Source: a virus (taxonomy: Duplodnaviria; Heunggongvirae; Uroviricota; Caudoviricetes). From it: a stretch of DNA of 13,937 nucleotides. The notes under the pieces were generated by a model, which had not been told where the DNA came from, made no database searches, and was given only the letters and a program-made list of their open reading frames with translations. Numbering within the stretch: position 1 is the stretch's first letter; the number at the start of each line of letters is the position of its first letter. A program made the translations under genes and the position numbers. Positions 1-8,777 of this stretch are shown here, piece after piece. The DNA lies in IMG/VR virus record IMGVR_UViG_2703718836_000006, one strand, 5' to 3'.

Positions 1-1
1 A

Positions 2-1972
2 GTAAGTTGGCACCATTACCAAACCTTTGAAGAATATAGGCAGTTAGGTTATGCATGTCAAATTAAAAAATATCAGTCTTATGAAGAAGCACATAAGGAA
101 TTATTTAATGGCTTCTTTAGCGTCGATTCAACTAAAGAAAGGTTGATTAAAGATTATAATACTTTCACAGATTCAATTGTAAAAATTCACTCACCTACTG
201 CAACTTATTCCTACATAAATTCAAAATATTACTTAAATGGTGTTATTGGCGAAGCTAATGTTGTTACGGAAATATTAGAGAGAATACAACATAGGCGTCC
301 AATTCTGTTTTTGATTGAGGCTGCAGCCGGTTTTGGAAAGACTTGCACGGCGTATGAATTATTGAGGGAGATTATAGTTAACAATATAGGGAAAATACCA
401 TTATTTTCAGAACTATCAAGGAATAGGCAAGCAAAAATATTCAGGTATGTACTATTAGATGAAATTGATAGAAGTTTTCCTTTGTTAAGCTCAGCCTTAG
501 TAAGGAATGAAATAAGAGCAGGAAATGTACCAGTTATACTTGACGGGTTTGATGAACTATTGCATGAAAGTACAAACGGAATTGAAAATAATTATGAAAA
601 AACAGAGCCAATGCTGGAAACAATAAGTGAGCTTCTAACTGATAGTGCAAAAGTGGTTTTGACAACTCGAAGAACAGCTATATTTGACGGAGATGAATTC
701 CATCAGTGGATAGCATCACATCAAGAAGATTTTGATGTGATAAGAATAAGAATTCATGAACCACAAATTGAAGACTGGCTTCCAGGTCAACGTTTAGATG
801 AAATTTCATCGACAGGATTTCCTCTTAACAAATTATCAAACCCTGTACTGCTATCATTTCTAAGATGCATCGACGACACCGACTTTAATAAAGTTATAAG
901 CGACCCAACAACTATAGTGAGGAAGTATTTTGATTCAATGCTTGAGCGAGAAAGAAAAAGACAAGATTTATTAATGTCTATTGAAGATCAATATACTATA
1001 CTAAAAATAATAGCTGACGACATGGTCGAGGGTAACTACACATCTGAGTCTAGAGAGTATATATCGTTAGTCATAACTGAAAAGAATCAACAACTCTTGG
1101 AGGCTACAAGAAAGCTTTATACTGTAGATGAAAGACCAACTACTGACGAATTAGTTAATAAATTAGCATCGCATGCTCTATTAGATCGGTCAGGCTCAGA
1201 AAACCAAGGTATTGGATTTGTTAATGAATTTGTTCTTGGTAATTTTGTTTCTGAAAATATTATTAATGATAAGTCAAATGAATGGATTGGTGATAAACGT
1301 TTTATAGAACCAGCAGTGCAATCTTATATGCCGAGGATCGATGATGAAAAAGAATTACTTTGGCATAGCTTAGAGTTTGCTTTATATTTTATGTCAGGTA
1401 ATGATAAAATCCTTTATAGTCATTTGCTTATAGGAAAAGTTCCATTAGATTTAAAAAATGATAGTGTTGAGCAATTGTCTATATCAAAACTTTCTTTAGG
1501 CGATATAAATATAATACATGATACTATCTTTGTTGATTGTTCGTTTTTTAGCAGCATATTTACCTGTGGTAATTATAAAAACGTTACATTCGTGAACTGT
1601 TCTTTTATAGATTGTAGTTTTAACGAATTAAGTGGTAGGGAAGATATTTATTTTTTGGGATGTGAATGTGACAATGATGCTATTAATAAAAAATCTGTCG
1701 AGATAAACAGTGAAAATGATCACGATATTACAGATTGTGATATTTACATCTTAGAGAAGTTCTGTCCCAGAGGGAGTGTTAGCTATCATAAGCATCGGCC
1801 TATAAAAGGCTTATGTTCTAACAACAATCAATTTCAGTTAAGTGAAATACTCCATTCTTTAGATAAATTGAGGAAAGACGGTCTTTTACTTACGCCAGAC
1901 AAGCGTTCGTTCCTTGAACTTAACATGGCAAGAATATCAGAGATTAAAGCAATTCTTGGGAGGAATTTCTGA
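2..1972 (+). CDS. NACHT-type STAND P-loop NTPase, probably 5'-truncated by the window edge; C-terminal Cys-rich repeat region
   Basis: ORF track gives 143..1972 (609 aa), but the frame has no stop between nt 2 and 143 and TTG143 directly abuts a purine run with no spacer, so the true start is probably upstream of the window. Motifs read from the translation: Walker A 'EAAAGFGKT', Walker B 'VPVILDGFDEL' (hhhhDGhDE, the NACHT signature), sensor-1-like 'VVLTTRR'. C-terminal 5-residue periodic repeat FVDCS/FTCGN/FVNCS/FIDCS. Confidence 0.8.
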   Translation, partial: VSWHHYQTFEEYRQLGYACQIKKYQSYEEAHKELFNGFFSVDSTKERLIKDYNTFTDSIVKIHSPTATYSYINSKYYLNGVIGEANVVTEILERIQHRRPILFLIEAAAGFGKTCTAYELLREIIVNNIGKIPLFSELSRNRQAKIFRYVLLDEIDRSFPLLSSALVRNEIRAGNVPVILDGFDELLHESTNGIENNYEKTEPMLETISELLTDSAKVVLTTRRTAIFDGDEFHQWIASHQEDFDVIRIRIHEPQIEDWLPGQRLDEISSTGFPLNKLSNPVLLSFLRCIDDTDFNKVISDPTTIVRKYFDSMLERERKRQDLLMSIEDQYTILKIIADDMVEGNYTSESREYISLVITEKNQQLLEATRKLYTVDERPTTDELVNKLASHALLDRSGSENQGIGFVNEFVLGNFVSENIINDKSNEWIGDKRFIEPAVQSYMPRIDDEKELLWHSLEFALYFMSGNDKILYSHLLIGKVPLDLKNDSVEQLSISKLSLGDINIIHDTIFVDCSFFSSIFTCGNYKNVTFVNCSFIDCSFNELSGREDIYFLGCECDNDAINKKSVEINSENDHDITDCDIYILEKFCPRGSVSYHKHRPIKGLCSNNNQFQLSEILHSLDKLRKDGLLLTPDKRSFLELNMARISEIKAILGRNF

Positions 1973-2877
1973 TGTATAACGGGAATGAATTGCGAATTAT
2001 TCAAAGTTTGCAAAAAGATATAGAAGATGAACTTAATCGTATTGGATTACTTTATCGTTTTTTTTCGAGGACAAAATCAGAAAGCTCAATAATTAAGAAA
2101 TATGAAAAAGAGCCTAATAAATACTCAGAGGATGGTAAAAAAATTCAAGACTTATTTGGGGTTAGGATAATATTATATTTTCCTGATGATTTATTTATTG
2201 CTCAAAAAACACTGGAGAAATTATTCGAAATTGAATCTAAAACCGTAGACGAAACCACGGCTAATCTCTTTGCGGCAACTCGATGCAATTACGTCTTTAA
2301 GTTACCAGAAGTATTATCAAATGATAGTGTCTTATTAAAGAAATATTCTTATATTGATACTACTTTTGAAGTCCAATTTAGAACTATTTTATCTGAAGGA
2401 TGGCATGAAGTTGAGCATGATCTACGCTATAAGTGCAAAGAGGATTGGGTTGAGCATAATGACCTTAGTCGCGCGCTGAATGGAATTTACGCCTCTTTGG
2501 AAACATCTGATTGGGGAATAATGAAGTTATTTGAGGATTTAGCATATAGAAATTATAAGTCAAGCGCATGGTCCGCTATGCTAAGAAATAAATTAAGATT
2601 GAGAATGGACGATAAGCTTGATGAAAAGATAATTTCAATAATTAATGAGAAAGAGCTTGGTAAAAAGTTTTATAGAATTGACAGAGATCGTTTGTTATCG
2701 TTAATGTTAGATTATAATATTGATATACCAATTAATCTTAATAATATAATTTACCTTTGTAATTATTTTTTCATAAAATCTACGGAGCTTCAGGATATAG
2801 CCCCTGCTTTAATAATGAAAAAGCTTACAGATGCTGATGAAAAATTCAATAAAAATACTATTTTAGCATCTAAATAA
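1972..2877 (+). CDS. RelA/SpoT-like nucleotidyltransferase (small alarmone synthetase / toxSAS-like)
   Basis: 301-aa ORF; its ATG overlaps the upstream TGA by 1 nt (TGATG), implying translational coupling. Synthetase-domain motifs in order: 'SRTKSESSIIKK' (R-x-K-S...S-I...K), 'DLFGVRIILYFPDD' (D-x-x-G-x-R), 'EVQFRTILSEGWHEVEHDLRYK' (E-V-Q-[IF]-R-T...W...E-H...Y-K). No hydrolase (HD) domain seen. Confidence 0.75.
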   Translation: MYNGNELRIIQSLQKDIEDELNRIGLLYRFFSRTKSESSIIKKYEKEPNKYSEDGKKIQDLFGVRIILYFPDDLFIAQKTLEKLFEIESKTVDETTANLFAATRCNYVFKLPEVLSNDSVLLKKYSYIDTTFEVQFRTILSEGWHEVEHDLRYKCKEDWVEHNDLSRALNGIYASLETSDWGIMKLFEDLAYRNYKSSAWSAMLRNKLRLRMDDKLDEKIISIINEKELGKKFYRIDRDRLLSLMLDYNIDIPINLNNIIYLCNYFFIKSTELQDIAPALIMKKLTDADEKFNKNTILASK

Positions 2878-2893
2878 TAACTATCTCCGGCTA

Positions 2894-2925
2894 TTAAGTA
2901 GGCCTTGTATTTTAGGCCTACTTAA
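2894..2925 (+). terminator. Perfect 11-bp inverted repeat (TTAAGTAGGCC / GGCCTACTTAA, 10-nt loop) 17 nt after the RelA/SpoT-like stop; putative terminator or protein-binding site
   Basis: Read directly from sequence. No clean T-tract follows on either strand, so intrinsic-terminator status is uncertain. Confidence 0.35.
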
Positions 2926-3160
2926 AAAGTTTCATTATGTGAAGTGATGATGATAGCAAATCTGATATCTTTATGGTTGGATGCGAGAAAATATTTTTAT
3001 CCCGACACAACAACTGGTAATGATAGAAAATTTAAACCCAAAAATGCTACAGTAGCCTCAGCTCACAAACGGAGTATAAAGTGGCGGTTACTCTTTAGTG
3101 GGAATACTGTAGATAGTTGATAAACTGGGCTGGATTTTCTTTTCTAACCGAAGGGAAGAA

Positions 3161-3222
3161 AAGCAAGGGGAACCCAAAGAAACAAGCGCAGCGGCTTCGT
3201 AGGGTTAGCCCTTGCTTCTTTT
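3161..3222. terminator. Long imperfect hairpin (AAGCAAGGG ... CCCTTGCTT with inner AACCC/GGGTT pairing) followed by CTTTT; possible bidirectional terminator or structured RNA
   Basis: 9-bp outer stem 3161-3169 / 3209-3217 plus inner 5-bp stem 3171-3175 / 3202-3206; T-rich tract after the 3' arm on the plus strand. Confidence 0.3.
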
Positions 3223-3395
3223 ATAATTGGCATTATTCATTCAAGAACAATAGGATCTTCGCTTGTACAAGCGAAGCTATAATAAAAAATCAATTAATTA
3301 TTTTAAAAGTATTAAGCAAGAGCCTATTGACATTCGTAAAATAAAAGTTATTTTTAATGTATGCCATAAATAAAAAGTTTTATGTCATATGTATC

Positions 3396-3439
3396 CTGCA
3401 CTATGTGCAGTTAATGTGCCACTTGTCCCATATATGGGA
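3396..3439. promoter_or_regulatory. Two closely spaced palindromes (CTGCAC-TAT-GTGCAG at 3396-3410; TCCCATATATGGGA at 3426-3439) in the coding-poor spacer; candidate operator sites
   Basis: Perfect dyad symmetry read from sequence; AT-rich surroundings; no convincing ORF nearby. Confidence 0.25.
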
Positions 3440-3929
3440 ATATTGGAAAGGTTACTTTGTTTTGAAGTAGCCTTTCGTCCTTCAATATTCACGATTACTT
3501 ATTGCTATTACCAAGTCCAGTCGAATCGAAGAACATCTTTTATCTGAAACGACTCCTAATACCAGGTTGAAGCCACAATATCTCTCGCATAAGTAGACCA
3601 AAGAAAAATTATGATATTAACTATGTGATTTTTTTTAGTGTTAAGTTGAATAATTATATACTGGAGAGTTTTCTGTACACTACCAATTGCTGGTTCATCT
3701 GTTCTGCCGCTGATGTTTCTGACTAATCTCCCGGTGACACAGAACTGTCCCTCTCTACCAGCCTTTATTCGACTCAATGTCCGGCTGCTGATACGCAGTT
3801 ATCCCTTCGTATCAATGACTGACTCTTAAACGCAATGCTTTGGTTGCTGGCGTATCTGACAGCTTCTTCGGCGTGAAGGTCGTTGTGTAAGTATACTTCT
3901 TGGTTTATTTAGGCTATATAAAACCATGA

Positions 3930-4826
3930 CTATGACTGGCTGTTTTCAGTAAGAGTCTTATCATCCAAAGAATTTATTCTAGAAATTCTTTTTAACTCAT
4001 TAAGATAATCAACCTCGTTTTCTAAGAACCAATGAAGAACTTTAGAGTTGCCAAGTAATTTATTAATATATGACTGGATTATAACGAATTTCAACATATC
4101 TGAACCATACTCGGTTTGAAGTTTTTTCGTTTCTTCCGAAGTTGTTGCCATTTCTTGTTCCAGACGAAGTATGGTTTTTTTTATGTCCTTTTTATAGGGA
4201 GTGTTTTTCCCTTTATTTACTATCATCGATGACGGTGTTGCATCCAAGATGCTCATTGCAAATTTTTTACTATAATTATCAAAATTAATCATTGTACCGA
4301 CTGCTTCAATTTGACGAATTGGCTTCATTTTCCTCAAAACGTCAAATGTAGCCTTAGGTATAGGTTTATCAGAAAGTTTCGCAATTACACTTGGATCTAT
4401 GCCGTTCATCACATTAGCTTTATCTTTTATGGCATCAACAGATATGCCCAAAGCAGCACTAAGTTTTTCAATTGATACTTTTGCCAGAGACTTAATTATC
4501 ATTCTATGTTCTTCAACTACATTTATATGATTCACTTGTTTGTTAGGAGTGAAAGCATCATCTATGCTCGAAAGTATACATGGAGCTTTTTCTATATCTA
4601 AGTCTTTTAAAGCCTCAACCCTTAAATGGCCATCAAGTATCTTAGTGACATCTTTATCTTTGTCATAGAATACTATTATTGGTTCAATAATACCCAAGCT
4701 TTCGATAGAGGTAACTATTTGATGATATTTATGGCTTCGCTTTACGTTTTCTAATAATTCCTTAGATGGAATTAACTTATTAGTTTCCAGGTAAATAAAA
4801 TTTTTGCCAAAACGTATCTGAATCAT
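3930..4826 (-). CDS. ParB/Srx-like N-terminal domain protein with central HTH (paralog of the upstream gene)
   Basis: 298-aa ORF; ParB-N-like segment 'IVFYDKDKDVTKILDGHLRVEAL' (DGHxR at the box-II position), probable HTH 'VSIEKLSAALGISVDAIKDK'. Start overlaps the upstream stop by 4 nt (ATGA). Low GC. Confidence 0.7.
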   Translation of the reverse strand: MIQIRFGKNFIYLETNKLIPSKELLENVKRSHKYHQIVTSIESLGIIEPIIVFYDKDKDVTKILDGHLRVEALKDLDIEKAPCILSSIDDAFTPNKQVNHINVVEEHRMIIKSLAKVSIEKLSAALGISVDAIKDKANVMNGIDPSVIAKLSDKPIPKATFDVLRKMKPIRQIEAVGTMINFDNYSKKFAMSILDATPSSMIVNKGKNTPYKKDIKKTILRLEQEMATTSEETKKLQTEYGSDMLKFVIIQSYINKLLGNSKVLHWFLENEVDYLNELKRISRINSLDDKTLTENSQS

Positions 4827-5719
4827 TTTGATACCTCTTTGTTTACTGGGTTTAATATCTGAGATGGTAGTTCTGAAAGATTCTCTTGTTCAAGTATATT
4901 TTGAAAGCTTTTATTCATCATTATGATGTTAAAAATCTCATTTATTATTAGTAGATTGGTTTTTATAAATTTCGAGTTGTTATAAACAGATTTATGTTCA
5001 GCGATACTATTTTCATAAAGCTCAATCAACTCCTCTGCAGTCATCCTTTTTGATGGTTTGTGATAATAAAATCCGGCTGCTTTTGCACCTTTATTCCCAA
5101 CTGTTCTTTGATTTAGAATGTATTTTATCTTTATAATGTCCCGACTTTTTATTAATTTTTTATCATATGCTTCGGTAAGAATATCTTGTGCTTCCTCAGT
5201 TTCACATCTTGCAAATTGCACTGCGAGATACAGAGGCAAATTACCCCGTTCGACTGCTGAGAGAAGTTTATGCTCTCCCTTATCAAGAAGCATATTAATA
5301 CTGCTCACCCAGTTCGATGAATATCCAGTAATCTCACTTATTTCGGAGTCTGAAAGTCCTCTGATTTTCATGTCTTTAATCACCTGTAATAACTCATTAG
5401 AACGTGGTCTTCTCCTTGCAATGTTTTCAACTAAACTCATAACGTAAGCATCTTCTTCTGATACATCTCTTATAATTGCTGGAATAATAGTTTCACCTAA
5501 TGCAACAAGAGCCTCTATTCTCCCTTGACCACAAATTAAAGCATATTTGAAATCGTCTTCATCAATAGCTCTTACGCTTATAGGCTTGCTTAATCCTCTT
5601 TTTTTTATGCTTTCCTTTATTTCTTCATGCACTACCTTATTTCTTGTTCGTGGGTTAAGAAATTTTATTTTTGCAATCTCAATTTGAATTATTGGGAATT
5701 CATTTTTTTCAGGCAGCAT
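4823..5719 (-). CDS. ParB/Srx-like N-terminal domain protein with HTH
   Basis: 298-aa ORF; 'ISVRAIDEDDFKYALICGQGRIEAL' aligns with the ParB box-II region (GERRxRA), 'LVENIARR' with the ParB ENLQR-type motif, HTH 'LSDSEISEITGYSSNWVSS'. Overlaps the recombinase 3' end by 11 nt. Confidence 0.7.
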   Translation of the reverse strand: MLPEKNEFPIIQIEIAKIKFLNPRTRNKVVHEEIKESIKKRGLSKPISVRAIDEDDFKYALICGQGRIEALVALGETIIPAIIRDVSEEDAYVMSLVENIARRRPRSNELLQVIKDMKIRGLSDSEISEITGYSSNWVSSINMLLDKGEHKLLSAVERGNLPLYLAVQFARCETEEAQDILTEAYDKKLIKSRDIIKIKYILNQRTVGNKGAKAAGFYYHKPSKRMTAEELIELYENSIAEHKSVYNNSKFIKTNLLIINEIFNIIMMNKSFQNILEQENLSELPSQILNPVNKEVSK

Positions 5720-7271
5720 ATAGTTCCCTCACTTTCATGCGAGTAATAATTTGTAGAAATTTATCAAGATTATCAAATCTATAGAGATCTAACCGAATGT
5801 TGTTTGTTTCCATCATACACATTTTACTATATTCGTTTTCAATCTTTGGTATGATATAAAAATCAAGAGGTGAAATATTTTGTGAATTCATTCGTATAAC
5901 AATTGTTATGTCTGCTTTCTGTGAGTTATCAAACCGGACTTTCCATCTAAGTTTACCTGATTTCATATGTATGCATTTAGTAACAAGGACGGAAATTAAA
6001 AACTCATCATTGATGTAAAGCATTGGGTAATATTTATACTCGTCTATATGACAGTTACTTTTTAATATTTCGCCCTTAAAATCCTCAATTATCTCTGAGT
6101 AAAATGATCTTAGTGCTTCATTTATTTGGAGATGGCTGTAATCATGTTCTGGCTTATAACCAATCAAAGTATATGCTCTTAAAAGACCACCAAATCGGGT
6201 TCTATAAACAGAAGATGAAGGGCCTGTATCATCTTCATCAATGATAAAGCCTGATAGTTTTCCATTAGATTCTAATTTTTCTTTTAGCTTTTCTAATAGA
6301 TCTTCATTAGTCAAATGAATGGATCGGAGCTGAATTATTTCTTGAGCTTTATTATATTTTTTCTTTGAAATAATTGGTTTATATGCCTTGTCACATCTAA
6401 TCCATTCATGTTTGGGGTTTTTTACAAGCTTACTTTTTAGTTTAGATGAGGTTTTGTTATATATGTTGTTTCCAATATATTTTTCATTTGTCAAAATTTG
6501 ATGTATTTTTGCACGAGTCCATGATGTTCCATTTTCTGCAGGTATGCTCTGTTCATTTAATCTCTCAGCAATAATGAATTCTGGGACGTTACTATCTATA
6601 AAGAGATCATAGATTCTATTTACAATTTTTATTTCATTTTTTGGTCCCGGAATTAATATTACCCTATCTGTTTGAATACTCTTTCTTTTGCGGAAATTCA
6701 ATATTTCTTTAGCTATGCCATTTTCGTCTACTAAAAGACGTCTCAGCCCATAACCAGCCATACCGCCTTGATGATAACCAAGCTTTATTAAATTTACTTG
6801 CCCTATAAATACCTTTTCAGATAGATTCCTGCTGTGATATGCAGCACTTGATCTTTTTATATTCAGTATAACAGAGGACTCTAAAGGGAAATCTTTAGTG
6901 GGTATAGGTTCGGAACAATATATAAGATCTACACCATTTCTTTCAAATAGAAAGGAATAATATGCAGCTTCATCACTATTTTGAAAACGACCAAAACGGC
7001 TCACATCATAAAATAATACAGCCTGTATATCTATTTTCTTTTGTTCTACATCGCTAAGTAACTGCTGCAAAGAATGCCTGCCTACGATACTGACTCCGCT
7101 CTTACCTGCATCATCGTAGGTATAAGCGATTTCCATATTGTTCTTTTCAGCATAATCTTTGATATATTCAGACTGATTATGTAAAGAATATTGCTGATGG
7201 TCGGTAGACATCCTCAAGTACTGTGCGACCCTAACTCTATGATTTTTTTCATTTCCGCTAGCCATGCACAA
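5709..7271 (-). CDS. Large serine recombinase (resolvase/invertase catalytic domain + recombinase domain; no obvious Cys4 zinc ribbon)
   Basis: 520-aa ORF; N-terminal 'VAQYLRMSTDHQ' (catalytic Ser in the R-x-S-T context), 'DDAGKSG', 'DVSRFGR'; recombinase-domain 'LGYHQGGMAGYGLRR' and 'WTRAKIHQILTNEKYIGN'. C-terminal ~200 aa unassigned. Confidence 0.85.
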   Translation of the reverse strand: MCMASGNEKNHRVRVAQYLRMSTDHQQYSLHNQSEYIKDYAEKNNMEIAYTYDDAGKSGVSIVGRHSLQQLLSDVEQKKIDIQAVLFYDVSRFGRFQNSDEAAYYSFLFERNGVDLIYCSEPIPTKDFPLESSVILNIKRSSAAYHSRNLSEKVFIGQVNLIKLGYHQGGMAGYGLRRLLVDENGIAKEILNFRKRKSIQTDRVILIPGPKNEIKIVNRIYDLFIDSNVPEFIIAERLNEQSIPAENGTSWTRAKIHQILTNEKYIGNNIYNKTSSKLKSKLVKNPKHEWIRCDKAYKPIISKKKYNKAQEIIQLRSIHLTNEDLLEKLKEKLESNGKLSGFIIDEDDTGPSSSVYRTRFGGLLRAYTLIGYKPEHDYSHLQINEALRSFYSEIIEDFKGEILKSNCHIDEYKYYPMLYINDEFLISVLVTKCIHMKSGKLRWKVRFDNSQKADITIVIRMNSQNISPLDFYIIPKIENEYSKMCMMETNNIRLDLYRFDNLDKFLQIITRMKVRELYAA

Positions 7272-7547
7272 AACCTCATGGATGATTCAATACAATGTAG
7301 AGGATAAAATTGATCAAATTTTAACCGAATTCAACTGTTTTATCATTGATTAGAGCGAATTTGGTAGTTCTTCGAGGTGTATGATAATCGAGAAGAGATG
7401 TGAATTATTTAGCTGATATGACCGACAGCTTTCGTTATGTGGCCTCAAGGTACCCATTTGTAAATGGCTATGCTTAGTCCACATAGGTTAATGGTGTGAT
7501 CATTAATTCTTCAAATAAATCAAGATAGTTAACCCATCATGGAAGAG

Positions 7548-8777
7548 TTATGCGGCAATAACTTTGTATTTTTGAGACGAAACATAGTCACTCCACCATT
7601 GCATGAGAACCACACGTTCTGTGAGATACTCTGCACGATTGTAGGCTGCAATTATTTCATCTTTTTTCGAGTGGGCAAGGGCGGCTTCTAAGACATCAGT
7701 TCTAAACTTGCCACACTCCTCAGCCGCCGTTCTAGCGATTGATCGCATACCATGAGCTACAAGCTCACCTCCGAAGCCCATACGGATTATAGCCGCATTA
7801 GCTGTTTGTTCATGCATGTGATTGAGTGGAGCTTTGATACTGGGAAAAACCCACTCTCTATGCCCGCTGATGGCTTTCATTGAATCCAAGACGCGCAAAG
7901 ATTCTTTGCTCAGTGGAACTTTGTGAGGCTTCTTCATTTTCATAAACTCCGCCGGGATGTTCCACATGCTGGTTTCTATATCAATATCTGACCATCTTGT
8001 GCGAACAGCTTCACCAGGGCGAACCCATGTGAGAAGTTGCCACTCAATCAGTAGCCTTGTTTCTAAACGGATAGAAGCATTGTTTAGAGCAACCAGGAAG
8101 CGGGGGAGTTCGGAAGGGGGTAATGCTGGCATATTCTGTTTTTTTGGCTTGCTGAACCGTTGCCCCAGGTTGTCAGCCGGATTGAATTCTATGAGTTCTT
8201 CTGTTGCTGCATAGCGGAAAATTTCATTCAGGCGGGATATGACGCGGCGAAGTGTTTCAAGGACACCTCGTTTTTCTATGGGGTCTAAATGCTGTTTAAG
8301 CATTTTAGGGCGAATCTCCTTAATGGGGGTATCACCCAACGTTGGAAAGATATTTCTCTCTAGGCTTCGCCAGATGTCGTTAGCATGATCCTGGGAGATG
8401 CCTGACGTTTTGACTTTCTCATCAAGCCACTTCTTGGCTACTGCTTGAAATGTATGTTCCGTTGCATCCTTAAGGGCATTGGCTTTGTGGGTGTTATGAA
8501 CTTGTGGGTCTATACCATTTGCAAGCAACGACAAGTACTCATCACGTAAAGCTCGTGCCTTCGCAAGTGTAAGGTGAGGATAGGTTCCTAAGCTCACCTT
8601 AGTTCGCTTTTTGGTCACAGGCACTGCATATCTGAAATACCAATTTTTCTTTCCTCCCTTCGCTAAGGGGGCGATTCGCAGGAGCAAACCATCGCCGTCA
8701 AAAAGGTTAACCTCTTTCTCGGCAGGTTTGGTGCTTTTGATTTCAGTGTCAGTGAGCTTCTTAGCGATTTTTGCCAT
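7548..8777 (-). CDS. int: P4-type tyrosine integrase (N-terminal arm-binding domain + catalytic domain)
   Basis: ORF track extends to 8921, but the conserved N-terminus 'MAKIAKKLTDTEIKSTKPAEKEVNLFDGDGLLLRIAP...WYFRY...LGTYP...LAKAR...GIDP' begins at the ATG at 8777 (alternative in-frame ATG at 8793). A start at 8921 would run the ORF across the terminator at 8876-8909, so it is rejected. Catalytic region has 'AHGMRSIARTAA' and 'AALAHS...YNRAEY'. Confidence 0.85.
   Translation of the reverse strand: MAKIAKKLTDTEIKSTKPAEKEVNLFDGDGLLLRIAPLAKGGKKNWYFRYAVPVTKKRTKVSLGTYPHLTLAKARALRDEYLSLLANGIDPQVHNTHKANALKDATEHTFQAVAKKWLDEKVKTSGISQDHANDIWRSLERNIFPTLGDTPIKEIRPKMLKQHLDPIEKRGVLETLRRVISRLNEIFRYAATEELIEFNPADNLGQRFSKPKKQNMPALPPSELPRFLVALNNASIRLETRLLIEWQLLTWVRPGEAVRTRWSDIDIETSMWNIPAEFMKMKKPHKVPLSKESLRVLDSMKAISGHREWVFPSIKAPLNHMHEQTANAAIIRMGFGGELVAHGMRSIARTAAEECGKFRTDVLEAALAHSKKDEIIAAYNRAEYLTERVVLMQWWSDYVSSQKYKVIAA

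Noticed and set aside
143-145. TTG at 143 as the true start of the NACHT gene (as in the ORF track)
   Set aside because: The frame is open from nt 2 with protein-like sequence and the purine-rich run ends immediately before the TTG (no spacer), so the gene more likely begins upstream of the window.
2947-3120. 57-aa small ORF (MMIANLISLWLDARKYF...) downstream of the RelA/SpoT-like gene, which could have been a cognate small antitoxin
   Set aside because: Short, no convincing RBS, no recognisable motif; cannot be supported from sequence alone.
3117-3344. 75-aa plus-strand ORF in the spacer
   Set aside because: Runs through the long hairpin region, has no RBS, and its composition is not protein-like; probably spurious.
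3556-3777. 73-aa minus-strand ORF in the spacer
   Set aside because: No RBS and no recognisable motif; lies in a region of mixed composition and is more likely non-coding or a remnant.
5118-5447. 109-aa plus-strand ORF
   Set aside because: Antisense and entirely inside the ParB-like gene 4823-5719; typical shadow ORF.
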